A stretch of 63,062 nt of DNA, counting the filler. It is 15 parts of 15 records of this genome, joined end to end, with 100 filler letters (N's around TTAATTAATTAA, not from the genome) between each part and the next. Parts side by side here need not be neighbours in the genome. Positions count along the whole stretch, not along the records: positions 35,199 to 39,502 come from SRR9670534_1046; positions 39,603 to 41,821 come from SRR9670534_1050; positions 41,922 to 47,803 come from SRR9670534_1053; 12 more parts are not named here. The stretch is one strand, 5' to 3'. Below are positions 35,225-46,815 of this stretch, piece by piece. Under the pieces are notes generated by a model. That model saw only the letters and a program-made list of their open reading frames with translations. It was not told the origin of the DNA and searched no databases. Position 1 is the first letter of the stretch. Every line of letters begins with the position of its first letter. The position numbers and the translations under genes were made by a program.

Positions 35225-38200
35225 GCATTAAACCAAGGATGTTTGATAACATCAGCTATAGTGTATCTTTTATTGGAATCAACATCAATCATTCCTCTGA
35301 GCAAGTTTTGGCAATCTGGAGGTACAAAATGTGGAATGTGAAAAACACCCCTTTTAACTTTTTCTAATAAATTTCTAAGATTATCATCATCAAAAGGCAA
35401 AGCACCAACAAGAAGGGCATATAATATGACACCACATGACCAAACATCTGCTTTTCTGCCATCATATTTCTCTCCCTTAAATTTTATAAAATTGTATAAG
35501 TTTAAAATTTGAACTTTTTGCACTTTAAATCTATACCATTTAATAAAACCTACCCTAATAACTTCAGGACAAGCATAATGTGGGGACCCACAAGATGTCT
35601 CCAACATTGATCCCTCAACCTGGAGAGAAGCCATCCCAAAATCAGCTACCCTTAAATTAAGCTTGTCATCAAGTAACAGATTCTCAGGCTTCAAATCTCT
35701 ATGGCTACAAAGAGACATCTTTTTGCAATTTCACATCAACATTACTAATAAAAAACAAACCACTAACCAGATACAATGACTGTGACAAAAATCTACTGCA
35801 GAAATGAGCTGTCTAAAGAATTTTCTTGCCTCTCTGGGTGTTAGTCTACCCTTCTTGACCAAATAGTCAAAAAGCTCCCCACCAGAGACAAGTTCCAGAA
35901 TTAAGTATCTAAATTATGCAAATGAGGTAGTAGTCATGGGGTCAAATGAGTCATTCCTCAAACTTACAAATATTTTTTGTTCTCATACACTTCAAATAAG
36001 CCCAATATATGAGGATGTTCAATCAGCTTCATGATTGCAATTTCCCTTTCAACCTTAAATAGAATTAGCAGCATATGTTTGTGTCATCAATTATTATGCA
36101 ATATATCTTTATACATTAGCATTAATAATTAATTAGTTTATCATAAATCAGCTATGATTCACTGGCTAATCCCTTTGTTGTTTCCTGTAAAATCTCCTAA
36201 TTATAATAATAATAATAATGCTTAGTAGTCTCCTACAATATTTTGTTTCATTGAAAAAGATTAGTTATTATGAAAAGATCTTTTCCTTATAATTTTACAA
36301 AGAAAATTCAATTATATAACTATCTTTTCATAGCTAATTAAACTTGAAATTTAATTATTTATTTAATTAAATATAATATATCTTTGTTAAGTCTTTTATT
36401 AAGATTATTTTTGTGTAACTAAAAACAGGAAGTAAATAAGTTTAAAAATAAGCTTTATTTTAAAATAACATTTTTTTATAAAAATATCATTTTTAATATA
36501 AACAATATATGTTAATTAATTTTTAACTTAGCAACTAAGGTAGATCTTATTAATAATAGTATAACTTTGTTAAGTAATTTGTTGGGAACATTTATATACA
36601 AACTAAAACTAAGAAATGTTTATTTAAAAAAGCATCTTTTTTACAATATATAACTATCTTCTGTCCATATCAACTTATTAATTTTACCCTTGAAGCATCA
36701 ATAAAAGAATCAGAAATTTCAAGCATAAAGTAAAGGCTAGAATGTATTATTAAGCTAGAAGACAATCCATTAGTTTTATTAAATGTGGCATGAATCTAAA
36801 TTGATACCCATTTATTGAGCTGCATTTTAAATGTAGTTAAAAGCCCACAAATTACAACACTTGACACAATGGTACAAGGTGGTCTATGTAGCAGTGTATT
36901 GATTGGGTAGTACTAAATCCATGACATGGGACAAATTGCATGTATGGTCAGTCAGCTGCCAGCAAACACATGTAATAAATGTGATTATACTGATTAGAAA
37001 CCCCTACTAATAATAAAAACCACTATTAATCATAATGGTCAAGTCAGACCTACCCAAAGTAAGCTATGGCTGTATGTTTGTTATTTAATTAGAATATGCA
37101 TCCAACCAAGTGATAAAGTGAAGCATAAAGAATGAGCAGCAATGGAAAGCAGTAGCATTTGCATGGATATGACAAATTTAATTATTACAACCCTCCTTTG
37201 CAGCAAATTAAAATTAAACTGGAAGTGGGGATGATGATGTTAAAAGCAGGAAACATTGATGGACCTGATAGCTAGTTTTTATTAATTATCATGTTGAGTG
37301 GGTGGAGATAATGATGACAATATTTTTGTTTTCAAGACTTCCTCATATTGATCAGAAATATTGATATTTTCCTACAACATGATTTATCAAAATTTTATAG
37401 CTAAAAATGCTAGTTTTTGAAGTTAATTAAATTATTCGAAAAAGTAAATTTGTGATATTAAAAAGTAAAGTTAAATTAAAAGGTTAAAATTTGCTTAAAG
37501 TTATTTATCTTACAAAAAAATCTTTAAAATAGTACTACTTAGCAAAACATACAAAACTTAATTTACAACCAATAGCAAAAACATAGAAATCAGTATTTTA
37601 GCAAAATTTTTAAAAATAGAAATGTTAAATACTTATATCATAAATAACTGATTCAAAATTACTGAATCAAAACAAAAAAAAATAAAAAATTAAATAACAT
37701 TAAATATATATTTGATAAAAATTAATATAAATATTTATATTAGATTAATAATATTTTTTTTATAAAGTACATGAAAGTTTATAATACATTTATATAAAAT
37801 ATATATTTAGAGGCTATCTATATAAAATATAGTTCACTTAATTTGAAAATATGTTATAAACATTACTTAGTTAGATACAAAAAAATAAACATATATACAT
37901 TTACCTATAATAATTACATATGATATATTATACCTTCTTTAAAAAATGCTAATTAAATAAAAGTCCTATTTGAACATCTTTAAATCATTACAAATGCCCA
38001 AAATCAATTGAAAACAATAATTAATTTTCCTGCGTCTAAAGAAGTATCCCCTATCTTATTATTAATCTATGCTATTATCATCCAAAAAAGGAAAATGCAT
38101 GTTTGTAATAGCCCTCATTATCATGATAATTAGTAACTGTGAGAAAATTTGGGATTATGACTATGCATATGCTTTTCAGTAAGAAACAACTGCTGCTGCA

Positions 38201-38688
38201 AAGGAAAAGCTGCTCTAGCGGCTACTAAATTCTTCGCAAGACCATTATTACTAACATCACTACTGTATAAGCAATGTACCACCAAATTATCGAATTCAAT
38301 TTCTGCATAATTTATGTTACATGATTGTGTTCTTCAGAAGGAGAAAGTAAAAATCTATACAACACATAATTATTATATCCCTGCCTTGCCCACACTATAC
38401 ATAATTACTATGCTGATGACAATGGCTTTGAGCACCAAGCAAGAAACCCAGAACACAAAAAAAGGGGATTTAGATGTTAAAATATCGGATAAGAATTACC
38501 TTCATCAAGACACTTTCGCTAAGTTTTTCTCTGTTGACAATTTTGACGGCCACTTTTTGACCTGTGACGCAATGTAAACCCATTTTGACCAAGCCGGTTT
38601 GCCCTTTGCCCAGCGTCTTGTCCAGTTGATAGGGTCCAACATACTGGAGCTCATGAGAGTGGTATTGAGAGGAACTGGCTCTGGACAT
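35225..38688 (-). CDS. BRSK: BR serine/threonine kinase (SAD-1/BRSK1/2), kinase-domain exons
   Basis: Exons 38688-38500, 36053-35968, 35908-35768, 35704-35554, 35475-35225. Motifs [66 protein letters not shown]. Confidence 0.97.
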
Positions 38689-39975
38689 CTGCTCACTTGA
38701 TCATCAAGTTAGAACACTCCTTCGTTGTCTATCACAGTTTCCTCATATGGTAAAATTCTATATAAAAAAAACGTCCGTACACGCACACATGTACATACTT
38801 CGTTATGACATAAGATAATAAGTACACCTAGGTACTTAATACATAATAAGAATGACCTACCGTAAACGCACAGGTATTCGTAGGTGCATAAATAAACGCA
38901 TCGATTCATCGCAAAGGTACGCTTACGGTACATAATATTAATAATACGTAATATTCCAGTTTATATGTCCTCCGACAACTGTGTTCGCATAGTAGTAGGT
39001 ACTGTACGTTAAAGAATTTACGAGCTGCAACGTCTCTAATCCAAGACTCGCGTACCTAAGTGCCTATCAAAGTTATGATAACTGCATATACGTAATTAGA
39101 ATACGTAATACTAGGTAATACCTAGTGTACCGGAACGACGTCGTAGAATGCGCAAAGCCTTTCGGCAAAGCCTTGCGGCAAAGGTACATTATTATGTACT
39201 GTACATAAAATTTTACTACCTACACTATCAGAGACCTCCTCGTGTAGGTAAATACTGTATTTAGCATACCTACCTACGTATGTATTATTTTAGTATTGGA
39301 CCAGTACTACTGGTACATATGATACATGTACCTAAATACCAAATTGGTATGTACCGTACATAGTGTACGTACTGTATTAGCAATTGCCTAGGTAGTATTT
39401 AGGACCTAAATTTTAGGTATTAAAATACTCTTCGTTAATATTATTAACTTAATAATAACAATATTACCTATGTACATACATATATATTGCATACATACAT
39501 ATNNNNNNNNNNNNNNNNNNNNNNNNNNNNNNNNNNNNNNNNNNNNTTAATTAATTAANNNNNNNNNNNNNNNNNNNNNNNNNNNNNNNNNNNNNNNNNN
39601 NNGGGCTTCTAATTGACAATATACGGTACTCGTCAAAACGTCCGATAATCGGATTCTAAAATATGGTACTGTGTAATTGTAGCTAGCAATACACTATTAC
39701 TGTACCATAAATGACTATCACAAGCAACCGGAACTACTGTAAAATCTACAGTGTTAATAGAGTTGATATGTAACATACTTTACATACAGCACGTTACACG
39801 ATATCATATGTTACACTGTGTAACTTATGATACGCATAAGTACCTAGTGGCCCACTAGTAGTGGGCATTGCCTAAAATTTATAGAAATTATAGACTATGA
39901 TGTGGTAATAGTGTCATCGAATACAGCACCATTCTTTGTCTAATTCTATAAAGTTTATATTGTCATTTTTTTCAG

Positions 39976-41661
39976 GCTGATATTTTGTATAGTCACTGTG
40001 GTACAATAGATGAATTGCTTCTTTACAACTGCAGTAGCGAGAATGTCGAGAATGCTACAACGTACTATAGTTTTCTAGAAACTTCGGCTAATTTTGATAC
40101 CAGCATTGACAACAAAATTCAGCTAAAGCCTCAAGTCGTATCAGTCACTGCTTTTCCGAGTACACTATACCTATTACTAATTAGTAATTACCTACATAAT
40201 TTATTATTGAAAGTAATGTTGTTCTATTTTTCAAGATCAAACCATCAACATTAATTTGCAATACCAGGCTGACAAAAATTATCCTTTGGACATTTATGTA
40301 TTGATGGATATGTCAGAAAGCATGAAGGATGATAAGGCTAATTTGGTTAACTTATCGACGACTTTATGTATCTTTGTACATATTATAACTCTTCCAACCA
40401 TCTCATCAATAAATCAATTATTTTATAGTTTATAAGATGGGTGAACTAACTGGAAATGTTAGAATGGGTTTTGGAACATTTGTTGACAAGCCAATATCTC
40501 CTTTTATCGAAATAGAGCCTGCTAATCTGGCAAATCCCTGTGCACCAAAAAAATCTCAATGTGATCCAGCTTATGGATTTCATCATATTTTTACACTCTC
40601 CGATCAAGTTGATCAATTTACTCAAAGCGTGACAAACACTAACATCTCTTCCAACTTGGACGCTCCTGAAGGCGGTTTTGACGCAATGGTTCAAGCGTTG
40701 GTTTGCGAAGTAAGCGTTTTCTAATCAATGCCTAGGTAAAAATTTGTTAAAATTTAGGAGAACATTGGATGGCGTAGCGAAGGTAGAAGGTTGCTAATTT
40801 ATGCTTCTGATGGACCTTTTCATTCTGCCGGAGATGGACGAGTACACCAACTTTGTCACATATTACATATATATCATTGTTTAAAATTTTATACGTAATT
40901 GATGTTGCAAATTTTTTGTAACATTACCTATTTTAGTTAGCTGGCATTTTAACACCAAATGATCTTCAATGTCACATGCAACCTAGTATTCATGGTTATG
41001 ACTACTACACCCATTCGCTAGAATTAGATTATCCTTCCGTTGGTCAATTAGGTTATTTGCTAAACAAGAAAAGTATCCGAGTATTATTTGCAGTTTCCGA
41101 GAAATACGTCAATTTATACAGAAGATTATCCGAAGTTTTAAGCGAACCTGAAGTGCAGGTTTTGAAGGATGACAGTAGCAATGTCGTTGAAGTTGTCGCA
41201 GAGACGTTTAAAGTAAGGACTTTGTTTGAACTTTTAACATATTTTAAAAATGTCAACCGTAAGTTGTTAATTTAATTTATTTATTCAGAAAATTAGAGAT
41301 CAAGTAACCATAAAGCACGCAATAAATTCACAAGATCAAGAAAAAGTTGTTGTAGAATACATCTCCAATAACTGTTCAGCACAGGAGGAGGACAAAAGCA
41401 GATGCAGTAATTTAACAATCGTTAACAGGGTACGTATTATGTACTACTGTACGTACATATGTAAATCATTTCAACAATCCTTCCTTTATTCCTTCTGGCT
41501 ATTTATAGGTTGAGTTTAACATTTCAATTACTGTTAATGATTACTGCGCTGATGATCAGACTGGCTGCAAGGTTACCTTTACTCCGTTAGGATTAACGGA
41601 AAGTCTGACAGTAAATATAAAAACTGCCAAGGAATGCGGCTGTCAAAAGGACGCCAAAGAT
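39976..41661 (+). CDS. ITGB: Integrin beta subunit, internal exons (hybrid and beta-I domains)
   Basis: Exons approx. 39976-40159, 40236-40367, 40429-40709, 40758-40841, 40937-41212, 41289-41429, 41509-41661. MIDAS YPLDIYVLMDMSESMKDD, RMGFGTFVDK, SSNLDAPEGGFDA, IGWR, DYPSVGQL. Confidence 0.96.
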
Positions 41662-41921
41662 GTATATTTATCATTTTTTAAGTTCAGTTGGTTATTTTTA
41701 TTAATAATGTTAAAATTTATAATTAAATTATTAATTGAGAAGAAACATAGTAAGATTTGAAATTTCAATTTTTTGAGTTTGTAACTTTTTAAACATTTAC
41801 CAATAAGAACCAAAAGCAATTNNNNNNNNNNNNNNNNNNNNNNNNNNNNNNNNNNNNNNNNNNNNTTAATTAATTAANNNNNNNNNNNNNNNNNNNNNNN
41901 NNNNNNNNNNNNNNNNNNNNN

Positions 41922-44437
41922 GCAATTAACTAAATGTGTATAGTTAATACCAAGGTCACAATGAACTTCAGCTTCACTCAACTTCTGACCATTAATTAAT
42001 ATGGGCATTGCATTATCCCCCTAAATGTAATTTTATTACATTTATTGACATTTAATTCTAAGCCAATAGTGGCTGCCCAGGTTGAAATCAAATTAAGTGA
42101 ATAGTTAACTTTTATAATAAAATCACCTGGATGTCGACTTTCTCCTTCAAAAATTAGCTTGTTATCATCAGCGTAACCAAAAATACTGCCATCTACCCCT
42201 AAATCGTTTATTGGGTCAGTAGTAAGTATAAACAAATATGGTGAAATTATACCACCTTGGGGTACACCTGACCCAACATTGTAGATGTCACTGTAGGTAT
42301 CATTGATCTTAACTGCCATTTTTCTGTTAGACAAATAGTTAGCCACTAATCTAATTAAATTGGGATGGAAATTGTTACGTTCGAGGCTTTCTAGAATGGC
42401 TGTATGTTTGAGCCTATCAAATGCCTTTTTAAAATCTAAAAAGACCGTGACAACTATATTACCCTGTTTTTCTAAACTATGGATTAAATGCAGGTTATAT
42501 GCACTGAGGGCCATTACTGTGTTTGAACGCTTTTTAAAGCCATATTGATTTCTAAGTCTAAAAGAAGGGAAATCAAGCTCGAGCCATTCAAGCATTGCTC
42601 TCTCACAAATCTTGGATATGTAAGGAGCAACTGTGATAGGTCTATAATTAGATATATCACATTGATCTCCCTTCTTTTTGACTGGAGTTATTATGCCTAA
42701 TTTCCAACAATCAGGATAACTACCTGTGTTGAAGATTTTTAGTATTATGGTTTGAATTATAATCAAAAGAGGTTTTCTGAACCTACAAAATAATTTTAGC
42801 TGGACTGAGTCCCATCCTGTTGCAGAATCTGCATTTAATTCTTTCATAAAAGAGTTAATATGGGATAGAGTAGGGTAGTACATTTGCTTACCATGGGTTC
42901 TATTGTTGTTACATTTAGTAATCCACCATTCACGTGTGTACTAATCTAAAGTACTAACCCCACATATTTCAGCGAAAAACGTGGCAAATAGGTTGCATTT
43001 ATCAATCTCACTTGAGACTTGTTCCTCTTTAAGGAACATAGATGCAGGATAAGCACACTGCTTCTTGTTGTTTCTCAATTCATCAAATATGTTGGCTAGA
43101 TTATTATACATGTCTTTATGAACCAGATTCTCAGTCCATACTGAGATATCATTGTGCAAGGATTGAAGTAATCTTTGTTCAGCTAAAATAGGGTAATTAG
43201 CATTTTTTTGTTTTTTGTTGTTAAATTTAATTAATAAATTGGCAGATTCATTACTCATCCAGTTCGGGTTGCGCAATTTCTTTTCAGTACATTTTCTACC
43301 TGCAAAATCAGAAGCGTTTGCAATTAGTGCATGAAGATTATGTACTAGCACATCAACAGTGTTATCATGTTTAAATTCATTAGCTTTTTGCGTAATCGAT
43401 AATTCAAACCTAACATCATCAAGAGTATTAAATTTCAAATTATTAATTAGTTTGATGTTACTAATTAAGCTACTGTTGAATGGCAGTTTGTCACACAAAT
43501 TATCAATGCTATTACCTTTCTTTCCTTCAACAAGCTGGAAATGATTGGATGGTAGGCACAGTTCTATAGTATAAATTGGGTGATCTGACAATCTTGTACC
43601 TACAGCGTCACAATAAATTTTGTTGGTTGTGATATTATTTTTCAGGGTACATGCATCAAGAGCAAAATTACAAAAAAATGACATACAATTGTCTATCTTT
43701 TGATTAACATTTATCAAGTTAATTGCATTTGTGAGATTCGACTTTCTTAGCCATCTTACTTCCTCCTTTTCTTCTGGAAAATTATCCAGGCAATCACAAG
43801 AGGCATTGTATCTGCCTTGGTGGTTACAATCTCCCCCAATGATTATTTTTTCAACTCCTAAAGAGTGAATTAATTTGTAGAATAATATTAAATCAGAACT
43901 ACAGATATGATATGGACTGCCTTCAGGAGCATTGTATATACTTATTATTAGTATATCATAGCCATCTATGGTGGCTATAATTGCACATGTGTTCTCCTTA
44001 ATAGAAGAAGGCAAGTCCATAGGGTATTGCAGCTGTTTGAAATTGATTTTAGTGTTGACTAAAATTGCAACACCACCTTGAAAGCTATAATGCTCAATAC
44101 CTGAGGGCCTGCCAGCACAAACTGTGCTAAAATTTGTAAATGGAAAGTCAGCCATGTCTTCATCAGGAAACCAAGTTTCTGATAGGAGCAAGATATCCAC
44201 GTTATTATTTAAAATTAGCCCTTTCTCGAGTGCCAAACTCCTGTGCACGTTTAACAAGCTTTTGGCATTGATTAACACCAAAAAAAGTTCTGTATGAGTT
44301 CTGAGATGCTTTATACTAGTACAAGTCTTGGTTACCAATGCTTTACGTTTAATACTAGTAGGTGGTTTGAATGGTACAGGTACAAGAGAGGGTGATGAGT
44401 TGCTTGTTTCATTGACTATATTATCAGGATCATATAG
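41922..44437 (-). pseudogene. LINE ORF2: AP endonuclease plus reverse transcriptase, one premature TAG (42941-42943) and a frameshift near 42000
   Basis: APE motifs INAKSL, LSETW, GGVAILV, IYNAP, GGDCN, SDH. RT motifs NYRPIT, QYGF, FLDFKKAFD, GVPQG..ISPYLF, YADD. After the shift: INGQKLSEAEVHCDLGI. Confidence 0.92.
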
Positions 44438-46411
44438 TCAATAATCCTGATAATAAGGGCATTGCTTATCTTCATTATGTTGTCTACGTCCAAAATTTCT
44501 ATTTGATCCATTAAAATATCCATCATTGTTGTAACCTCTATCATTGTTGTATCCTCTATCATCATAATGACGAAAAGAGCGGTTATTTCATCTAAAGCCA
44601 TGGTTAGGGTTAAATCCTGAGCTGGAATCTTCTCTGAAACTTCGGCTAAAATATTGACGTCTAGGTCTCCTTGATCTGTTAGCAAAGTTATTTCTTCCTC
44701 TGTAGCCTCTTCTGTAATTACTATCATAATGACCATCCATATCATCGTTTCTATGATGTGAGCGAAAACTATCACATAACTCATTTCGATGGTTGGAGGA
44801 TGAGTCATCTTGAAAGTACATACTATCTTCATCATAGACATTCTCTTTGTACCCATTATCATCAAAGTTACCAAATCTGGTGGATTCAGCACCATGTCTG
44901 TTAGTTTCATGTCTATCATCTTTATGTGGTTCAAATCTTCTTTTTCTACTCAAAGGTGTTTGAGGTACCTCATGTGAAGAAGAGTAATAAGGATCTGGAG
45001 AGTAATCTCGCTCATGTCTCTCAGATCTTGAAGGCAAAAAGTCTTTATCAGACTGGGCTTTGGTAAGCTCATCAGCTGCTGCAAGCATATCTTTCGTGAT
45101 TTGAAAGTCCACCATAAGTAGATCCTTAGCATGTTCTGCCACTACTAGTTGACTGCCAGTATCAATAATGGAAGCTTTTTGGTTGTTCTGTCCTGTCAGA
45201 TTTTTGACCACTGTGCCCTTACTAACATCCTTTGGAGGTGCATTAGTGCAAGTACCTTTGGAGGTTAAAGCACCATAGTTGATTGGTGTTACTAGTGGTG
45301 GATTAACATTGCCCATATAAGCGTCAATAACTGACACTTTTTTCTTTCCATCCAGTTCGACTTGATCATAATTAAATTTAAGCTTGTGATGGTCTTTAGC
45401 AGGAACAAGCTTTTTTGCTGCTGCCATAGTTTCACGTTCAGTTCTTGGGACATAGTGTTCTACCATAAAAGCTTTCTTATTCTTTTTAGCATGAGCAATA
45501 GCAGCGTTTACTATAGTTACAGCTAGGTCCTGTCTATGGAGACGACATTGTACTAATCTGGGGTTGTCATTACCAGTCTTCTCTCTTCCATATCTAGTTG
45601 CCCAAGACATGCAAGATTCCCAGTCTTCAGTATCACAAATTTCTTCAAAGATCCCACAGGCTATTCTTTTCAGTGAGGCTTCTGACTCACCCACATGGTA
45701 CCTGACTCCATGAATCATAACATCAGTACGAGCACATTGTTTCTCATATTCATTATGGTTATGTATATGCTTTCCATGGGCAAACAAACTTTTGCTGACC
45801 GTTTTCATTGTTGCTGTGACTGACTTGGTAACCTTTCCAACACAATCTCGAAGATCATTAGTCTTGGTGTTGACATCAGATTCCAAGGAAGCAGCATTCT
45901 TATTTATTTCAGAGAACTTATTATTAGTTCCCAGTGCTGTTTGAACAATTAAACGTTCAATGTCTCTGAGCATAATATCATCATTATCAGCTTTGGTGCC
46001 AGGATTATTATTGGTGTGTGCAATACGACCACGGCCTCTACCTCTTTTACCAAGTCCAGGTTTAAGGTTCTTTTTCAAATGTACATTTGGCTTAGACTTC
46101 TTCACTCCAGCAGCTGTGAGAGGTGGCTGTGACATAAAAGCATCAGGTACTTCTTCAGATGTCTTTTCCTGTTCAGGAGATTTCAGAAGTTCTGCCACTT
46201 GATCATCATCAGTTTTATCAGAAGCAACTTCTGGAGTACCAAATAAATCGGGGCTATCCTGTTCATCATTCAACAACAAATCTTCTTCTTCCTGTTGCAG
46301 TTGGTTATTACCATCTTCATAATCAGCTTCGTCCATAGGTAGCTCTTTGTTTTTACCTCTTCCAGAGCAACGTATTAATGGTTTATTTTCAGCAGGCGTT
46401 TTTTCACTCAT
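44438..46411 (-). CDS. LINE ORF1 (acidic N-terminus, coiled coil, RRM-like domain, R/D/G/Y-rich tail), with an internal TGA at 44588-44590
   Basis: Probable start MSEKTPAE at 46411. VMIHGV....E.....L......F...ATRYGR...PRLVQCRL resembles the ORF1p RRM. The same low-complexity composition continues past the 44588 stop to 44438. Confidence 0.75.
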
Positions 46412-46629
46412 ACTTAAGTTTAGTTCTTGATAGTAAACGCTAAAATAACAATCCATTAAATAGTGTGCAGTAATTTGTGGGGTCAACCAGTTTATTAAGC
46501 CAAGTTAAGACACAATCTTATGTACAGGTATATCATCACATAAAATCTGGTATGTGTGTATTGTTTTAATCTTTGAACTTGAGAGCTTTGAAATTGAAAT
46601 TAAAATTTTTGAATTAAGAATATATTGAA

Positions 46630-46815
46630 GTATGCAATCCGAAGATTACCTTCAATAAAATGTATACAATCCAAGGATTGTTTTCGTAGGCAGGTATGTA
46701 ATCATTAGATTACTTTCAAATTATGTATGTAATCTGAGGATTACTTTCAATTAGCAGGTATATAACCCTAAGGTTATTTTCATATTCAGGTATGCAATGA
46801 AATGATTGCTTTCAA
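46630..46815. repeat. Array of six ~32-nt units, each with a 6-bp stem / 4-nt loop palindrome
   Basis: Consensus GTAT-GTAATC-NNNN-GATTAC-TTTCAA; units start at 46630, 46662, 46694, 46725, 46758, 46790. Confidence 0.88.

Larger units (their letters stand above)
41922..46815 (-). mobile_element. Non-LTR retrotransposon (APE endonuclease plus RT; CR1/L2-like group), mildly decayed, 3' end cut
   Basis: ORF1 followed by APE and RT in a single frame with three stops and a frameshift near 42000. The 5' boundary is not determined. Confidence 0.92.

Noticed and set aside
35143-35718. 191-aa kinase ORF as a single unit
   Set aside because: It reads through an in-frame intron and into the N spacer; replaced by the spliced BRSK model.
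44416-44934. 172-aa Met/Ile-rich ORF overlapping LINE ORF1
   Set aside because: Frame-shifted reading of GAT/AAT-rich codons of the Asp/Asn-rich ORF1 tail; no independent coding evidence.
46630-46815. CRISPR array interpretation of the palindromic repeats
   Set aside because: Inter-repeat gaps are only ~6 nt, units are degenerate, there are no cas genes, and the context is eukaryotic.
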